Assembly (NCBI RefSeq): GCF_006345805.1
Contig: NC_042998.1
Location: forward strand, 114,576,001-114,640,000
Direction of reading: 5' to 3'
DNA from: Octopus sinensis
Lineage: Eukaryota
DNA length: 64,000 bases
The position numbers were made by a program, and so were the translations under genes. Shown piece after piece: positions 60,803-64,000 of the stretch (positions within the stretch are counted from its first letter, which is position 1; each line of letters opens with the position of its first letter). The notes beneath the pieces were generated by a model. It searched no databases and was not told the origin of the DNA. It worked only from the letters and a program-made list of their open reading frames with translations.

Positions 60803-61440
60803 TGAATTAGGGTAAATGTTTTTAAATTTTCACCTAATTTCTGAATTAATAATACTTGGCGGTGTGAGTTATGGCTGCTCTTTCTGGTGGACGAGTGACC
60901 TGTTGGGGTCACTCCTAAATCGTTATATATATATATATATAAGCATTTACGTTATCATGTATGTACGCATATACGTATATGGACGTGCGATTATGTAGTT
61001 AGGCACATATATATATTTATTTTGAAGCATATTTAAGTTTGATTGTATTAGATTGATTTTGTTTTATTTAACGTGCTATTTTCCTCCTGTATTTTACGGT
61101 GTGAATTATATTTTACTTTTTTGCCACTTTTTAAAACTTTTCATTTGCATATTCTACATTTTTTCCAGTATATTTACTTGGTGATTATTTTGATTTGTTA
61201 ACTCTAACTTTCGTGAGTAGCAGATCTGAGGATCGAAGAACCCATTTTTATACCATAGCTTTAGATGGCTGAATAAGAATGGAAATAATTTTAAAAATTG
61301 CGAAGAATCTTTTAATGACTTAAATATAAATCTTTATGTGAAGTAAAACGGAAAGTGAAATAAAATTCTGACATATTGCTTCGGAATTTGAGCACATCTA
61401 AACGAAGAGCAGCAACTATTAAAAAGAATAATCAGTTCTG

Positions 61441-61651
61441 ATATAGGTACAAAACCTGAATTTTGTGGGGTGGGGTGGGGGAAGTAGTTAATTACATTAA
61501 CCTCACTGCTCAACGGGTACCAATTTCATCGACTCCAAAAGGTTGAAACGCAAAATCAACCTCGGCGGAATTTGAACTCAGAACCTATAGATGGACGAAA
61601 TGCCGCTAAGCATTTTGCCCGGCGTGCTAACGATTCTACCAGCTAACCGCC
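61441..61651 (-). mobile_element. SINE family B copy
   Basis: Minus strand ggcggttagctggtagaatcgttagcacgccgggcaaaatgcttagcgg..GAGTTCAAATTCC (B box); adjacent to a (CTA/CTG)n tract. Confidence 0.88.
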
Positions 61652-61653
61652 TG

Positions 61654-61686
<33 letters not shown>

Positions 61687-61840
61687 ATACTACTACTGCT
61701 GCTGCTGCTGCTGCAGCTAGTGCTGCTACTGGTGCTGCTGCTGGTGCTGCTACTTGTGCTGCTGCTGCTGCTACTTGTGCTGCTGCTGGTACTGCTAATA
61801 CTGCTATTACTGCTGCTGCTGTTGCTCCTGCTACTACTAC

Positions 61841-62072
61841 TTATTTCTTTATTGCCCAAAAGGGGCTAGACATAGAGAGGAAAAACAAGAACAGACAAAC
61901 GGATTAAGTTAATTACATCGACCTCAGTGCGTAATTGGTACTTATTTTATCGACCCCGACAGAATGAAAGCCAAAGTCGACCTCGGCGGAATTTGAACTC
62001 AGAACGTTAAAAGAGACGAAATACCGCTAAGCATTTCGCCCGGCGCATTAACGTTTCTGCCAACTCGCCGCC
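61841..62072 (-). mobile_element. Well-preserved SINE family B copy (tRNA-derived)
   Basis: ggcggcgagttggcagaaacgttaatgcgccgggcgaaatgcttagcggtatttcg..GAGTTCAAATTCCGCCGAGGTCGAC..; adjacent to a (CTG/CTA)n tract. Confidence 0.9.
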
Positions 62073-62097
62073 TTTACTGCTGCTGCTGCTGCTGCTG

Positions 62098-62145
<48 letters not shown>

Positions 62146-62212
62146 CTACTACTACCAATAATAATAATAATAATAATCATAATAATAATAATAATAATGA
62201 TAATAGAGATCT

Positions 62213-62616
62213 CTGTGGTAAGAAGCTTGATTTCTAGCCACGTTGTTCCGTGTTCAGTCCCACTGCCTGCACCTTGGGCATATATATTCTATTATAGTCT
62301 CGGGCCGACTAAAGCCTTGTGAGTGGATTTGGTTGACAGAAACTGAAATAAGCCCGTTGTATATGTTAGATGTATATATGTTTGTATCCTACTATGCGTC
62401 CGTGTTTGTCCCCCACCAACGTTTAACAGCCGGTGTTGTTGTATTTATGGCACTGGGGCTTAGCGGTTCCGCAAAACATTGAGACGATAGAATAAGTACC
62501 GGATTTAAAAACAAATATGTGCTGGGATCGATTTATTCTAGAAAAATTCTTCAAGGTATTGTCCCAGCATGGCTATAGTCTGATGACATAAACCTTTAAA
62601 AGAATAAAAGAATAAA
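62213..62616 (+). mobile_element. Diverged full-length SINE family A
   Basis: tgtggtaagaagcttg..gtgttcagtccc..gtgagtggatttgg..cttagcggttccgcaaaa..aaaagaataaaagaataa. Confidence 0.85.
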
Positions 62617-62618
62617 AT

Positions 62619-62658
<40 letters not shown>

Positions 62659-62778
62659 GTAATAGCAATAATAATAATAACAATGATATTAATAATAATA
62701 ATAATAATAATGGTAATAATAATAATAACAACAACAACAACAACAACCACAACAACAACAACAATAATAATAATAATA

Positions 62779-63323
62779 GTATACCAGGCAGTGGCTCTCA
62801 TGGCTTCTCATCTTAACTGGTTGAAAGTGTTATCATGTACATTGTTTTGTCTTGGTATAAAAGATGGGCTTCCACAAATATTCTGCTCAATACCACATAT
62901 TTGCTTGTCAGTTGTTTGAGCTTAACCAGTTGAGCATGTCCCTTAGTGGCTGACAATATGTGCATCTCTGATCACGAGCAGAAATAGTGGGAGAGCATCA
63001 TAGCCATGTGTTGAGAGGGATTCTTTTGGGTTTGAATAATTCACCTCTGGAAACATGGGTGTTTCGTTCAAAATCCTTAAACAACCCTTATTCAGGGACC
63101 TTTTGAGCAGGATGGGCTACTTGACCAGAAGAAAATTCTAACTGGGCCCCACCTGCAAGGTCATGTGCTGTTTATCTTCATATGAGATCACCATGTCGCG
63201 CACATATGGTTGTAATGCATGTGCCTAATGTACCCTTATCAGACGGGTAGTCATGACGGGTATACTGGGCTTCGTATATTTTACCCCAGTGTCACTTTGA
63301 TGGCATGCACTGCTCTCTCACTC
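62779..63323 (+). mobile_element. Unclassified ~545-bp non-coding interspersed element in an (AAT)n/(AAC)n tract
   Basis: GC-richer block with sharp ends between trinucleotide tracts; no TIR and no ORF. I recall it as a recurrent octopus repeat but did not verify this. Confidence 0.5.
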
Positions 63324-64000
63324 AATAATAATAATAATAATAATAATGATAATAATAATAATAATTTATTATTGACAAATAATTACTGACAGATAATACT
63401 GACAAAGTGTTGAACTATATCTGAATAAGTAATACTCATCAAATCTTTTTCAATTTTCCGAATGTAACGATGTATTTTAACTGTTTATCAACTCGTACAA
63501 CACGTGTAATCACGCCTTCCACACTGACAAAGCGCTGGACTACACTCGAGTAAGTATTGGACTGTACCCGAGAAAGTCCATATTGGATTATATCCGATTA
63601 AGTACGCATCACAAACACGTAAGTACGTAAACTAATTAACTATGTATATGCCCTAGTTTTACATAAGCACATTTTAATATTTCAAAATAACATTAAGTAA
63701 TGTATAAAAAAGCGCACATACACACATAAGCGAATCGAATAAAACCAATTGGAAAAGACTAGGCATTATTGATCACAAAAGCATTAATCAGATATGCATA
63801 CCCCGGCATTAAACAAATATATACCCCCACGGAAAAAACGGGTGGTTATTAGTGTTTTATTTGTTTCTTTGACTCGTTTGACTACATTTATTTGTTTATA
63901 ATTATAGAAGCGGCGCTCTCTCTCAAATTGTCTACGCTATTAGATAAGACCCGGAGCCCAGTATTAACACGAAAGTGTTGATGATAATTAGCCAAAATTT

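Larger units (their letters stand above)
59016..60928 (+). repeat. Tandem array of 4 units (471, 470, 471, 472 bp) + ~28-bp partial, one hammerhead per unit; retrozyme-like
   Basis: Unit starts at 59016, 59487, 59957, 60428 and 60900. Units differ by four single-base deletions and one substitution by eye. (TA)n on both sides; no ORF within the unit. Confidence 0.97.

Noticed and set aside
59016-60928. CRISPR array, rDNA spacer or simple centromeric satellite interpretation
   Set aside because: There are no unique spacers, cas genes or rRNA sequence. A plain satellite does not explain one HHR fold per unit, although it cannot be fully excluded.

Overview
AT-rich, microsatellite-dense eukaryotic DNA with one 100-N scaffold gap. 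The SINE families and repeat content point to an Octopus (coleoid cephalopod) genome; this is inference, not a database result. I found no host protein-coding gene: nearly all ORF-track entries are microsatellite or SINE translations. Recognisable elements are two 5'-truncated Penelope-like retroelements (RT + GIY-YIG), each enclosed by long inverted terminal repeats, a third Penelope endonuclease fragment, an R4/Dong-type LINE plus a second R4-type fragment in (AAT)n tracts, an RTE LINE 3' end, three decayed Tc1/mariner transposons, two MITEs and many tRNA-derived SINE copies. The main discovery is a set of non-coding tandem repeats in which each unit carries one type I hammerhead ribozyme (HHR) fold. 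A near-perfect 4 x ~472 bp array lies at 59016-60928, a 2 x ~490 bp array with a canonical HHR core at 8300-9275, and a 2 x 904 bp array with a degenerate HHR at ~20600-22500. Further HHR-like motifs occur in a Penelope terminal repeat, in a 139-bp hairpin and as a solo remnant. This architecture matches non-LTR retrozymes (self-cleaving, circRNA-forming, non-autonomous retroelements) lying beside their presumed Penelope-like mobilisers. All folds were derived by eye; no searches or folding programs were run.
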